Position numbers and translations under genes: made by a program. A DNA stretch of 64,000 nucleotides, from assembly GCA_016926555.1 (NCBI GenBank), contig JAFGOI010000008.1, positions 91,316 through 155,315 of the forward strand, in the 5' to 3' direction. Below are positions 16,879 to 26,494 of the stretch, one piece after another. Positions within the stretch are counted from its first letter, which is position 1, and each line of letters begins with the position of its first letter. Source of the stretch: Patescibacteria group bacterium (GTDB lineage Bacteria > Patescibacteriota > WWE3 > UBA101185 > UBA10185). Below the pieces are notes generated by a model that made no database searches, was not told the origin of the DNA, and saw only the letters and a program-made list of their open reading frames with translations.

Positions 16879-19341
16879 CTATATCCGACGTACAATACTT
16901 CTTTTCAAATCTAACTCTATAACTTCGTTATCTTTAAAAACCTTTGTTGCGATTTTCGTCCCTATGACACAAGGTATATTAAGCTCTCTTGATATAATCG
17001 CTGCGTGACAGGTCATACCTCCCTCATCTGTTACAATTGCTGCGGCTCTTCTCATTGCAGGAGAATATTGCGGTGTAGTCATAGTTGCTACTAAAACATC
17101 TCCCTCCTGAACTTTACTCATTTCTTTATGCGATCTTAATACTTTGGCTGTCCCTTTTAATCTATCAACATTACCAGAAGACACGGTCAATCCTTGTACA
17201 CTATGTACTGAACCCAAATCCGGTCTTAGCTCTTCGGTTAGAGCAATCACATCCTCAGGATCTTCGATAATCTCATATGTACCATTTACATAGTATAGAA
17301 TGTACGGATTGTCTATCCTTCTACTATAGATCTCCAACATCCTATGAGAATCGTCTATATTCTGTTTCAGCTCTTCAAACGAAAGATACTTAAATACATC
17401 TTCCGAAACATTCGTTTTTTCAGCTAAAACACTAAAAACCCTGTGCATAGCAATATGAGACTTATTGGTTGCCTCCTTTCTCTCATCCGACATCCGAGAA
17501 AGCGTGTGCACATATCCAATCTTTCTTAAATAATGCCCATCAAGGTTATACTTTGTTTTAATATCCGAGTGCAACTGTTTCGTATCATCTTCAAACCTAG
17601 ATAACTCTTCATATCTTTCCGTTAGTTCTTTCTTACTTTTTTCTAAATATTTACATATCTCCGCAATATAGTACTCCCTATCATACAGGTTGGGTCCATC
17701 ATACCCAAACGGTACCCAATAATACTTTTCAACCAATTGATCTATGGCATCTTGGATCCATCCTGGTAATTTTATAAAGTCAACATTCCTTTTCTTAAAT
17801 ACACTTTTTTGCCTCCCACTTACAATATCTAGACATAATTTAACTACCTGGTATTCTTCATCTAAACTAAACGACTTTTCCGGATTCATACTCATCACCC
17901 TATATTCTTCGGGTTCCATATCGAAACGCATAGACTCCTCCAGCAAATGCTTCCCTAAGGAATCTCCACCAACAAGCCAAGGAATAGAATTAAAACTGTT
18001 GTACTTCTCCCAATTATCCTTGATCTTCCTATATCTATTAATTAATTTGTTAATTGTATATTCACCTAGAGGCTCCTCCATAATCTTTTCCGATATAGAC
18101 ATCAATTTCCGCCCCTGTTCAAGTTGAGTATTATAGATTTTTGGTAGATACAATGGATCCTCAATATAAAGTTTCTTAAAGTGCTCTTCCATTAGTTTCC
18201 ACTCATTCTCAACTACAAAAGACGTTAAATCACCGTTGGGTTCAAATAATGTCCAAGCCTGTGGTAATCGAGTACCATGAAGTTCTTCAGTTACAGGGTG
18301 TGTTCTACTTGTATAATTCCACATACATGATACTAATTTAAGCTTTCTTGCCCTTAACATCCTGTATTTGTTGTCAGAATATTCAAAAACGTCTTTCTTG
18401 AGTGTTGTAATTGGCCGATTCTGCAAAATATATAACTTGTCATTTGCATAACACCATTCAACATCACAGGGAAACCTTGATATGCTTTCGATTTTCATAA
18501 CCTTATCTGCCAAGCATAATATTCTCTTATCATCAAGTTTTTGTTCTATTCCCTCTTCAAGGCTAATATCTTTAGCAATACATCCGCTTTCATCACAAAA
18601 CGTTGCCTCACTTTGATTATTAATCTGTTTAGAAAGTATTAGTTTTGTTTCCTTATCTACCACATAGCTATCTGGATGAATTTGCCCAGAAACAAGTTTC
18701 TCGCCCAAGCCATAACATGCTTCGATAAGAATATGATTTGTATTTTCCGTAATCGGATGTACACTAAAACACACTCCGGAAACCTCACTACTAACCATAC
18801 GTTGAACAACTACAGCAACCCCTATATCGGCCGAGTGAAACCCGTTTTCTACACGATAATACAAAGCTTTCGGTGAGTACAAAGACATCCAGCACGATTT
18901 GATACTCTCCACTAGATTATCCTTTGGTACACCTAGATACGTTTCTAGTTGACCTGCCCAAGCATAGTTCTTTCCATCTTCAACAGTTGCACTTGATCTA
19001 ACAGCAACATACCTACAATCAAGTTTATCGAAAGATTCCTCAATGCTCTCAATTATATATTCTGGAATCGTAACATCCTTAATTCTATTTGATATATTCT
19101 CCGACGCTCTCTCAAGATTACTTATATCTTGGGTATCAAGCGTACTTATTTGCGTATCTATTTCTAACATTAATTCTGGATTTAACACAATCTCCCTAAA
19201 AATACCCGTACTCACTATAAAACCCGGCGGAACCGGCACACCCTGTTTAATGAGATCTCCTAGGAAAGCGCCTTTTCCACCAACTAAATGAACATCTTTC
19301 CTAGAGACATTTTTCAAATTTATTATTGACTTATTAGACAT
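16879..19341 (-). CDS. PEP-utilising enzyme family phosphotransferase: PPDK_N-type ATP-grasp N-terminus plus C-terminal mobile phosphohistidine domain (rifampicin-phosphotransferase-like domain order; not a canonical PpsA)
   Basis: N-terminus VHLVGGKGAFLGDLIKQGVPVPPGFIVST. The C-terminal ~70 aa GGMTCHAAIISRELNIPCVIG is a swivel His domain. No PEP/pyruvate-binding TIM-barrel domain follows it. Confidence 0.7.
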   Translation of the reverse strand: MSNKSIINLKNVSRKDVHLVGGKGAFLGDLIKQGVPVPPGFIVSTGIFREIVLNPELMLEIDTQISTLDTQDISNLERASENISNRIKDVTIPEYIIESIEESFDKLDCRYVAVRSSATVEDGKNYAWAGQLETYLGVPKDNLVESIKSCWMSLYSPKALYYRVENGFHSADIGVAVVVQRMVSSEVSGVCFSVHPITENTNHILIEACYGLGEKLVSGQIHPDSYVVDKETKLILSKQINNQSEATFCDESGCIAKDISLEEGIEQKLDDKRILCLADKVMKIESISRFPCDVEWCYANDKLYILQNRPITTLKKDVFEYSDNKYRMLRARKLKLVSCMWNYTSRTHPVTEELHGTRLPQAWTLFEPNGDLTSFVVENEWKLMEEHFKKLYIEDPLYLPKIYNTQLEQGRKLMSISEKIMEEPLGEYTINKLINRYRKIKDNWEKYNSFNSIPWLVGGDSLGKHLLEESMRFDMEPEEYRVMSMNPEKSFSLDEEYQVVKLCLDIVSGRQKSVFKKRNVDFIKLPGWIQDAIDQLVEKYYWVPFGYDGPNLYDREYYIAEICKYLEKSKKELTERYEELSRFEDDTKQLHSDIKTKYNLDGHYLRKIGYVHTLSRMSDERKEATNKSHIAMHRVFSVLAEKTNVSEDVFKYLSFEELKQNIDDSHRMLEIYSRRIDNPYILYYVNGTYEIIEDPEDVIALTEELRPDLGSVHSVQGLTVSSGNVDRLKGTAKVLRSHKEMSKVQEGDVLVATMTTPQYSPAMRRAAAIVTDEGGMTCHAAIISRELNIPCVIGTKIATKVFKDNEVIELDLKRSIVRRI

Positions 19342-19496
19342 ACTCTAGCATTATAGAATTCTGGCAGAATTATAACACGCGGCGACAATATTTATAACTT
19401 GTAGTAATAAAATTAATGTTTTAAAAAGTTGTTTCATCGGTTTTGTCACTGGTTAAATTGACACCATAACAATAAATTCGTATCATACAAATCACC

Positions 19497-20714
19497 ATGG
19501 AAACTTTAGAGGAACTAGGTTTAATATATAACTGGGATAAAAAAAGGGTTATTAATAACAAAAAAATTCTGGATACTTCCCTTAGAGACGGCCTACAAGA
19601 TCCCTCTATAAGACAACCTAGTCTTGAAGAAAAAATAAAATTAATAGACTTAATGGATTCAGTTGGAGTGGATGCTGCAGATATCGGATTTCCAGTAAAT
19701 TCGAAGTCACACAAAAATGAAGTTATCGAAACCGCAAAACATATAAAGGAAAAAAATCTTGGGATTGAAGTATGCGTATTAGCACGCACGCAAAAAAAAG
19801 ATATTGAAGCCGCAATAGAGGTGTCACAGAAAGCTCAGATACCGGTCGAAGTAATAACTATAGTGGGAAGTAGTAAAGTAAGACACTTCGTAGAGAACTG
19901 GAATCTTGACCAAGTCAAAAAATGGATAAAAGAATGTATTACTCTGGCACTTAAAAACAATCTTGAAGTAAATTTTCTAACTGAAGATGGTACACGAACG
20001 GAACCAGGAATGCTTACAGATCTGTATAAATACGCAATTGACTTAGGCGCTTCCAAAGTTACGATTGCCGACACGGTCGGTTTTGCTACTCCTTATGCAA
20101 CAAAAAAGATAATCGAACTATTTAAAAAGGACATACTTAAGAAAAACAAAGATATCACATTAGATTGGCATGGACATAACGACAGAGATTTCGGCACCAT
20201 CAATGCTTTAGAAGCTTTTGAATCAGGTGCAGACAGGGCACACGTATGTATCTTAGGAATAGGAGAGAGAGCGGGTAACACGGCCATGGAACCGCTGCTA
20301 GTTAATATGAAAATGATGGGAATGGCTAACGGTAAAAACCTAAGGGAACTCCCACAACTCTCAATGTACGCCTCTAATATCTTTAATATCAATATACCCC
20401 AAAATATGCCCATCGTTGGGGAATACGTACACACAACGTCCGTTGGAATACATGCTTCCGCAATATTAAAAGCTAGAAATATGTACAGGGAGGACCTCGC
20501 TAATACAGTCTACTCTGGAGTCAATCCGCAGTACGTGGGACTAAAAACTGAGATATTTGTAGGGCCTTTGAGTGGAAGGGCTAATGTTATATATGTACTA
20601 AGAAAACACGGAATTGAGCCAACAGAAGAAAAAATAGAAAAAGTATTGAAACACGCTTCATCTAAAAATGTGGTTCTAAAAGACGATGAGGTCCTTCTTA
20701 TAACCAAGGACTAG
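19497..20714 (+). CDS. HMGL-like/DRE-TIM metallolyase family protein (2-isopropylmalate/homocitrate/citramalate synthase-like, no LeuA regulatory domain)
   Basis: LDTSLRDGLQD near the N-terminus and DWHGHNDRDFGTINALEAFESGA (HxH metal motif). 405 aa. Confidence 0.65.
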   Translation: METLEELGLIYNWDKKRVINNKKILDTSLRDGLQDPSIRQPSLEEKIKLIDLMDSVGVDAADIGFPVNSKSHKNEVIETAKHIKEKNLGIEVCVLARTQKKDIEAAIEVSQKAQIPVEVITIVGSSKVRHFVENWNLDQVKKWIKECITLALKNNLEVNFLTEDGTRTEPGMLTDLYKYAIDLGASKVTIADTVGFATPYATKKIIELFKKDILKKNKDITLDWHGHNDRDFGTINALEAFESGADRAHVCILGIGERAGNTAMEPLLVNMKMMGMANGKNLRELPQLSMYASNIFNINIPQNMPIVGEYVHTTSVGIHASAILKARNMYREDLANTVYSGVNPQYVGLKTEIFVGPLSGRANVIYVLRKHGIEPTEEKIEKVLKHASSKNVVLKDDEVLLITKD

Positions 20715-20724
20715 TGTCATAATG

Positions 20725-22635
20725 TTATAAATACCTTCTAGGATCCGTTATTTTACCTTCTATTACTGAAGCCGCGACTGTCAACGGAGAAGCAAGGAAA
20801 ATCTTACCTTCTTTCGAGCCCATTCGTCCCATAAAATTTCTATTTGATGAAGATATCATCACCCCGCTACTACTCAATAAACCTTTGTGTTTGCCATAAC
20901 AAGGACCACAAGTAGAAGATTCAATATTTGCACCTGCATCATAGAACACCTTTAAAATGCCTTCACTTAGTAATCTCTGATATATCTTCCTTGAAGCGGG
21001 GATTACAACAAAATCCACGCTGTCATGTATTTTTCTACCCTTTATGATTTTCGCCGCCTCGACAAAGTCCTCATACTTCCCATTTGTACAGGCACCCAAA
21101 AACCCGTTTGTTAACTTAAGATCATACACCGGAGGAAAGTTTGGATCATCCTGTTTTTGGCTTTCCAGCATATAATCCTCTATTTTGGAAATAAACGTAA
21201 CATTATCTGGTTTATGCGGAAAAGCGACACACGGTTCTAATGAGGACAGATCAACGTGTATAACACTGCTATAAACGCATTTCTCATCGAGGTTAGCCTC
21301 CTTATATGGATACTGAGCCCTATCTACTATAAAACTATCCGTCACAGAGTCATATTCGAAAATCGCCCCCCGCGCACTCGTTTCAACTACCATATTAGCA
21401 ATAGTGGTTCTCGCATCAATTGATAATGTCTTTAAAGCAGAGCCTCCAAACTCCATGATCTTCTTCGACGCGCCATGTACACCTACAATACTCAAGATAT
21501 ACAGAATTATATCTTTAGCATATACACCCTTCTGAAGCTTATTAGAAAAATCGACTCTTATGGTTTCGGGTACGACAAAATCATGTAAATGCCCTGTCGC
21601 CATAACATATGCAGCTTCAGTTGTACCAATACCAAATGATAATGAGTTTAACGCACCGCCCGTACAAGTATGAGAATCTGTACCTACAACAAAAGATCCC
21701 GGTACGATATAACCATCTTCCGCCAAAACCACATGTTCTATTCCATCCCCCGGTTTGTAGAACTTTAAATTCTGTTTTCTTGAAAAATCTCGCATAATTT
21801 CAACACCATCTGAACTTGTTACACTTGACGGGGGAGAATCGTGATCTACGATAAAAAATACTTTTGACTTATCATAAACAACAGGAGCGGTTTTATGAGC
21901 CCGATAAACATCAGTAAAATTATCTTCATATTCCTTAATGACGGCAGGACCAAAGGCATCATTAACAAACAATACATCCACTGGAATATTGTCTAATCTC
22001 TCTCCTGCATATACATCCCGATGTATATGCGAAGATATTATTCTTTCAACGAGTGTCTGGCTTTTATTGTTCTTTGCTTTGTACTTTGAATAATGATCTA
22101 ATCTTTTCCTTCTCTTTGATACACTATCCACTAAAAAATCTTTTACAAGATTTGCTTTCCCTCCCATAGAAAAAATCTTTTTATCTGTAGTATCTATATT
22201 AAAGTCGTGAATTATATCATTATGAATAAGTTGGCTATCCTCTAAATTAAGCACAACTTCATCATTCATGTTGAAAATTCTGGTATTATCAAATCGAATG
22301 AGTATCAATCCGTTATTTAGCGCATTTCTATAAAATATTTCCGAAAAAGACTGCGCTATTACGACCCTCACATTGTTATGCTGCAATGCGTAGATTGCTT
22401 GCTCTCTTGACGAACCAGCTCCAAAGTTTTTGCCGGCAATTATTAAATTATGCTCGATCATACCACAACGAGTTATAAAATCGGGATCGTATACAGAAAA
22501 AGCATACTTTCCAAAAAATGATCTATCTGTTGACTCCTGCAAAGTCCATCCAGGAATAATATCGTCAGTATTAATATGATCGAAAAATATAGAGGACACA
22601 GTTAACCTGAAGGTATTTCGCATATACAAACCCAT
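20725..22635 (-). CDS. Fused 3-isopropylmalate dehydratase-like protein with permuted order: LeuD-like swivel domain N-terminal, LeuC-like aconitase catalytic domains C-terminal
   Basis: N-terminal HINTDDIIPG...GKNFGAGSSREQAIYAL...VIAQSFSEIFYRNALNNGL (LeuD signature). Then VGTDSHTCTGG, GACTNGKYED, STCGPCYG and SSSNRNFMGRMG (aconitase-family Fe-S ligand and signature motifs). Confidence 0.75.
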   Translation of the reverse strand: MGLYMRNTFRLTVSSIFFDHINTDDIIPGWTLQESTDRSFFGKYAFSVYDPDFITRCGMIEHNLIIAGKNFGAGSSREQAIYALQHNNVRVVIAQSFSEIFYRNALNNGLILIRFDNTRIFNMNDEVVLNLEDSQLIHNDIIHDFNIDTTDKKIFSMGGKANLVKDFLVDSVSKRRKRLDHYSKYKAKNNKSQTLVERIISSHIHRDVYAGERLDNIPVDVLFVNDAFGPAVIKEYEDNFTDVYRAHKTAPVVYDKSKVFFIVDHDSPPSSVTSSDGVEIMRDFSRKQNLKFYKPGDGIEHVVLAEDGYIVPGSFVVGTDSHTCTGGALNSLSFGIGTTEAAYVMATGHLHDFVVPETIRVDFSNKLQKGVYAKDIILYILSIVGVHGASKKIMEFGGSALKTLSIDARTTIANMVVETSARGAIFEYDSVTDSFIVDRAQYPYKEANLDEKCVYSSVIHVDLSSLEPCVAFPHKPDNVTFISKIEDYMLESQKQDDPNFPPVYDLKLTNGFLGACTNGKYEDFVEAAKIIKGRKIHDSVDFVVIPASRKIYQRLLSEGILKVFYDAGANIESSTCGPCYGKHKGLLSSSGVMISSSNRNFMGRMGSKEGKIFLASPLTVAASVIEGKITDPRRYL

Positions 22636-22684
22636 AGCAATGGATGGGAAATATTATACTACAAAATTACCCATAAAAGTAATA

Positions 22685-23110
22685 TTATGCTACTGATTTA
22701 ACTTCCGTCTTGCCGAAAGCCTTAAGTGCTTCCTCAGCGCACTTGACATCGTCATTTACATCAAGTGATCCGCCAACACCCACACCACCAACTACCTTAT
22801 CACCATCTTTTATAGGAAGTCCACCGGCTAAGGTAATTAACTCATTGCTAAAGGCCGCATTTAAACCAAAATACGGCTTTCCTTCTTCAGTATATGGAGC
22901 AATATCACCGGACGGGAGCCCTAACAGGGCAGAAGTATACGCTTTCATACTAGCAAATTTAGGACTTATATAGAAAGCGCCATCCATTCTGGACATAGCG
23001 ACAAGTGTACCGTGCTCATCAACAACTACCGTGGTAACTTTAATTCCTAATTCTTTTGCTTTCTTTTCTGAGAGTTCTAAAGCTTCTTTTGATTTTGAAA
23101 GATTCAGCAT
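22685..23110 (-). CDS. GlcG/HbpS-like DUF336 family protein
   Basis: TTVVVDEHGTLVAMSRMDGA...KAYTSALLGL...GGLPIKDGDKVVGGVGVGGS. 141 aa, no signal peptide. Confidence 0.7.
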   Translation of the reverse strand: MLNLSKSKEALELSEKKAKELGIKVTTVVVDEHGTLVAMSRMDGAFYISPKFASMKAYTSALLGLPSGDIAPYTEEGKPYFGLNAAFSNELITLAGGLPIKDGDKVVGGVGVGGSLDVNDDVKCAEEALKAFGKTEVKSVA

Positions 23111-23181
23111 ATTTGGATTCCCCCATAAAATAAACTATACTGGCACTAGTATAGTTTACTCAAAAATTTGTTTCAAGATAT

Positions 23182-24612
23182 ATGGCACAACCTGCCCAAA
23201 AAAACACTAAAGCTCAAAACAAGCAAACTGAGAACCTAATTGAGAAAAACAGGGCTTTAGAAGCAACATATAAATTGTTTGAAATAGTATTGGAGTCCCT
23301 TGAATTCCAAGAGATGAGCCAAAAAATCGCAGATATTATTCCACAAACGTTAGGCTACGAAACGGGAGTTCTCGCTCTAGTTGATGAGGACAAAGAAAAA
23401 CTAATAAGAGTAGCCATATCACAAACACCTGGAGGTGAAACTGCACTTGGAAACCTAGAACGTCCGTTTAAAGAAATTGTTATACCTCTTAACCACTTAG
23501 AAAACTATTGTATTAAGTCCATGCGTGACAAAAAACAATATATTACACGTAACTTATACGATGTAGTAAGACCGGCAATCTCAAAAGAAAACGCGGAGTT
23601 TGTTCAAAAACTCATGGGAACTTCTATCTCCATAGTTAATCCTCTCATAGCACACGGGAAATCAATCGGAATAATAATAGCGAGTATGTCAAAAAATCCA
23701 GAAGAATTATCTCCCTTTGAGAAAGAAATGATTACAAGATTTTCACAAAGTGTTGGAATAGTACTTGAGCACTCAAAATTATATACAGAGTTAAAAAGAG
23801 CAAAGGAAGCCCTTAACAAGGCGTACGATAAACTTAGAGAACTTGACAAAGCAAAAGACGATTTCCTGTCAGTTGCCTCACACGAATTACGAACTCCTAT
23901 GACTATTATTAAAAGCTACATATGGATGCTGCAGTCCGGCAAGTATGGTGAACTAAATAATAACCAGAAAAAATACGCGGACACCGCAATGAAAAGTACT
24001 GATCGTTTAATTAATCTTGTAAATGATATGTTAAATATCTCAAGGATAGAACAAGGAAGAATGGAATTTAAAATTGAGGCACTCGATTTCTGTGAAAATA
24101 TAAGGGAATTAATAGAAGGTTTTAGGATTCAAGCAGAGGAAAAGCATATTTACATAAAAATAGAAAAAGATTGTGATGAAACCGATGTTTCTGCGGATCC
24201 AACTAAATTAAAAGAAATAATAACTAATCTGCTTGGAAACGCCTTAAAATTCACGAATAAAGGTGGCATCATAATAAAACTCACAGACATCGGTAATTAT
24301 ATTCAGACATCAATCATTGACACAGGGGTTGGAATAGGTGCACAGGATATCCCTGTACTTTTTAAAAAGTTTGGTCGTCTAGACAATTCATACACAAAAG
24401 TTGCTGAATCGGGAGGAACAGGATTGGGACTTCACATAGTAAAATTATACACTGAACTTATGGGAGGCAACGTGGGAGTTTACTCGGAAGGAAAAGGGAA
24501 GGGCAGCACATTCTGGTTTACACTCCCAAAGTACAAGGGTAAATATAAAAGGACAAAAAAGGAAGAAGAAAGTAAATCCCACGTTCAGGATAAAATATCA
24601 ACTATAATTTAG
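23182..24612 (+). CDS. Cytoplasmic sensor histidine kinase (GAF-like N-terminal domain, HisKA, HATPase_c)
   Basis: H-box SVASHELRTPMTIIKSY and G-box GGTGLGLHIVKLYTELMGGNV. No TM segment. Confidence 0.8.
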   Translation: MAQPAQKNTKAQNKQTENLIEKNRALEATYKLFEIVLESLEFQEMSQKIADIIPQTLGYETGVLALVDEDKEKLIRVAISQTPGGETALGNLERPFKEIVIPLNHLENYCIKSMRDKKQYITRNLYDVVRPAISKENAEFVQKLMGTSISIVNPLIAHGKSIGIIIASMSKNPEELSPFEKEMITRFSQSVGIVLEHSKLYTELKRAKEALNKAYDKLRELDKAKDDFLSVASHELRTPMTIIKSYIWMLQSGKYGELNNNQKKYADTAMKSTDRLINLVNDMLNISRIEQGRMEFKIEALDFCENIRELIEGFRIQAEEKHIYIKIEKDCDETDVSADPTKLKEIITNLLGNALKFTNKGGIIIKLTDIGNYIQTSIIDTGVGIGAQDIPVLFKKFGRLDNSYTKVAESGGTGLGLHIVKLYTELMGGNVGVYSEGKGKGSTFWFTLPKYKGKYKRTKKEEESKSHVQDKISTII

Positions 24613-24630
24613 ATAATCGGTATTTTAATA

Positions 24631-25590
24631 TCAGCCAAAATTCAAGGACAAATAAGCCCTAATCAACACCTTACCCCACAACAACGCAACAACACTTCCA
24701 ATAATAAGAAACGGACCAAACGCGATAGTATCTTTCATCTTCTTTTTACCCAAAAGCATCAGGACAGCACTAAATCCTGCCCCAAACAAAAATCCCAGAA
24801 AAACCGCCAGAATATTCTGCAGAATATCCTCAAAATCAAAAAACATGAAAGATCTAGTCCTAAAGAAAGCGGAATCAATAGGAAACCCGTTAAAAAGTCC
24901 TATCAATAAAGCCAATTTCACATCGCCGCCACCCATACCTTTACCTCTAGTAATATATACCAAAAACTGAAAAAATCCCGTTATCAAAACCGAACTCACA
25001 AGTAGTATTGTAATATTTTTAAAAACATGTCTTAAAGGTATTTGCATATATCCCCCTTGAATCAAAAACTGACCTATTTCATCTGCAACCAATTTATTGT
25101 GTACTCCCATTAGAGAATATACTTGGCTGATTAGAATAAACGAAGCTATAAACACAATCGCGGAATATACTATTACGTTTGGAATCAACTGAAACTTAAG
25201 ATCCGTTAAAAACAGAACTATAAAGAAACAAAATACTATAAAAAAGTAAAAGAACAATATTGTGTTCTCAGGTCGTATATACGCATAAAAAAACTGCGCT
25301 CTATAGGCAGAATATGCTAAAGCTAACCCCGTTATAGCTTCAGAAAACGGGTATAAATATGATAGCTTAGTTTTACAGTTTGTACATTTTCCTTTCTGGA
25401 ATATAAAAGAAAATAGGGGAACTAAGTGCCTTGGTTTGAGTAGCATTCCACAGCTCTCGCATTTTGAGCGAGACAGGAAAATCTTCTCATTCCTGACTAT
25501 TCTATCCGACACTAAATTTAAAAAAGAACCTATAAAGGTACCGACATAAAAAAGTAACAAATAATATAATGCCATTAGAAAATGATACAA
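24631..25590 (-). CDS. pilD: Prepilin peptidase (PilD, peptidase A24)
   Basis: N-terminal zinc-binding domain GSFLNLVSDR...CESCG...CTNCKTKL and aspartyl protease motif GGGDVKLALLIG. Polytopic. Confidence 0.85.
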   Translation of the reverse strand: MYHFLMALYYLLLFYVGTFIGSFLNLVSDRIVRNEKIFLSRSKCESCGMLLKPRHLVPLFSFIFQKGKCTNCKTKLSYLYPFSEAITGLALAYSAYRAQFFYAYIRPENTILFFYFFIVFCFFIVLFLTDLKFQLIPNVIVYSAIVFIASFILISQVYSLMGVHNKLVADEIGQFLIQGGYMQIPLRHVFKNITILLVSSVLITGFFQFLVYITRGKGMGGGDVKLALLIGLFNGFPIDSAFFRTRSFMFFDFEDILQNILAVFLGFLFGAGFSAVLMLLGKKKMKDTIAFGPFLIIGSVVALLWGKVLIRAYLSLNFG

Positions 25591-25816
25591 GGTTCAAAAA
25601 GATTTGCATAGGGAACTCGGGACCGTTATATATAGATTTGTAAGCTAAATAGATCGAACTCGAGAAGGGACTCCAAATAGAATATCTGTATTGATTCATC
25701 TGATAAATCATTCATATAAACATAAATGCCCGAGTCATCCCGGGCATTTAGTAATCACTTTCGATTAGCTGCCACAATTGCACCCTTTAGATGTATCACA
25801 TTAAAGAAACTTAAAA

Positions 25817-25843
25817 GCCCCCAAACAGAGTAGGGGGCTTTTT
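25817..25843. terminator. Bidirectional intrinsic terminator downstream of pilA (GCCCCC-N10-GGGGGC with flanking T/A runs)
   Basis: aaaaGCCCCCaaacagagtaGGGGGCttttt. U-run on both strands. A second hairpin TGCCCGagtcatcCGGGCA lies at 25726..25747. Confidence 0.6.
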
Positions 25844-25896
25844 AGTAATTTGCAATTCAGACAGACAACTGCAAATCTGAGCATCGAAGATACAGA

Positions 25897-26394
25897 TTAT
25901 GTTGTTCCAACACCAAGCAAATAAAGGTCGGTTCCAACCTCATAAACACCTGCTTCATTTCCGCCATCAGTACCCATTGACGTCTGGTTATCCGGATGCT
26001 CCAGAACACAGTCAAACTCAAAGTTTTGGCCATCGGACGCAAATGCATATTCAAGCGGAGCAACATTTGTAGGATCAATTGGAAGTGCAGGAACATATTG
26101 AGCTAAAGAACCTGTTCCTAAGGCAACCCATCCGGATCCGTCAACTGCCTGTGTGCCCGTTGTGCTGGTACAAGTAGCACAACCAGTTGTATCAGCCAAT
26201 GTAAGTTGTCCTTCTGTAATAGCGATATTAATTGCGTCTCTTAAATTTGTCATATCTCTCATTCTTGTTGAATCTCTGCTTTTCTGCATTATTGACTGCG
26301 GATTAATTGCTATCATCAAACCCCCGGCTAAAATAGCTATGATTGCTATAACTACTAGTAGTTCAACTAGCGTAAAACCTTCTTTTCTTCCCAT
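25897..26394 (-). CDS. pilA: Type IV pilin, candidate major pilin (PilA)
   Basis: RKEGFTLVELLVVIAIIAILAGGL. Adjacent to pilC/pilT/pilB. Strong SD (GAGAGGGGGTGA) and a dedicated terminator. Confidence 0.75.
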   Translation of the reverse strand: MGRKEGFTLVELLVVIAIIAILAGGLMIAINPQSIMQKSRDSTRMRDMTNLRDAINIAITEGQLTLADTTGCATCTSTTGTQAVDGSGWVALGTGSLAQYVPALPIDPTNVAPLEYAFASDGQNFEFDCVLEHPDNQTSMGTDGGNEAGVYEVGTDLYLLGVGTT

Positions 26395-26494
26395 TCCCTG
26401 TCACCCCCTCTCGAAAATTTTTATCTTTTATGACTTGAATCCCTGGCCAGCGAGTGACTCAAATCCGATAAAAAATAAATTTCATACATTAATA

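Noticed and set aside
16879-19341. Calling the 820-aa protein canonical phosphoenolpyruvate synthase (ppsA)
   Set aside because: The phosphohistidine domain is C-terminal and no PEP/pyruvate-binding domain follows. It is kept as a PEP-utilising-family phosphotransferase of unknown substrate.
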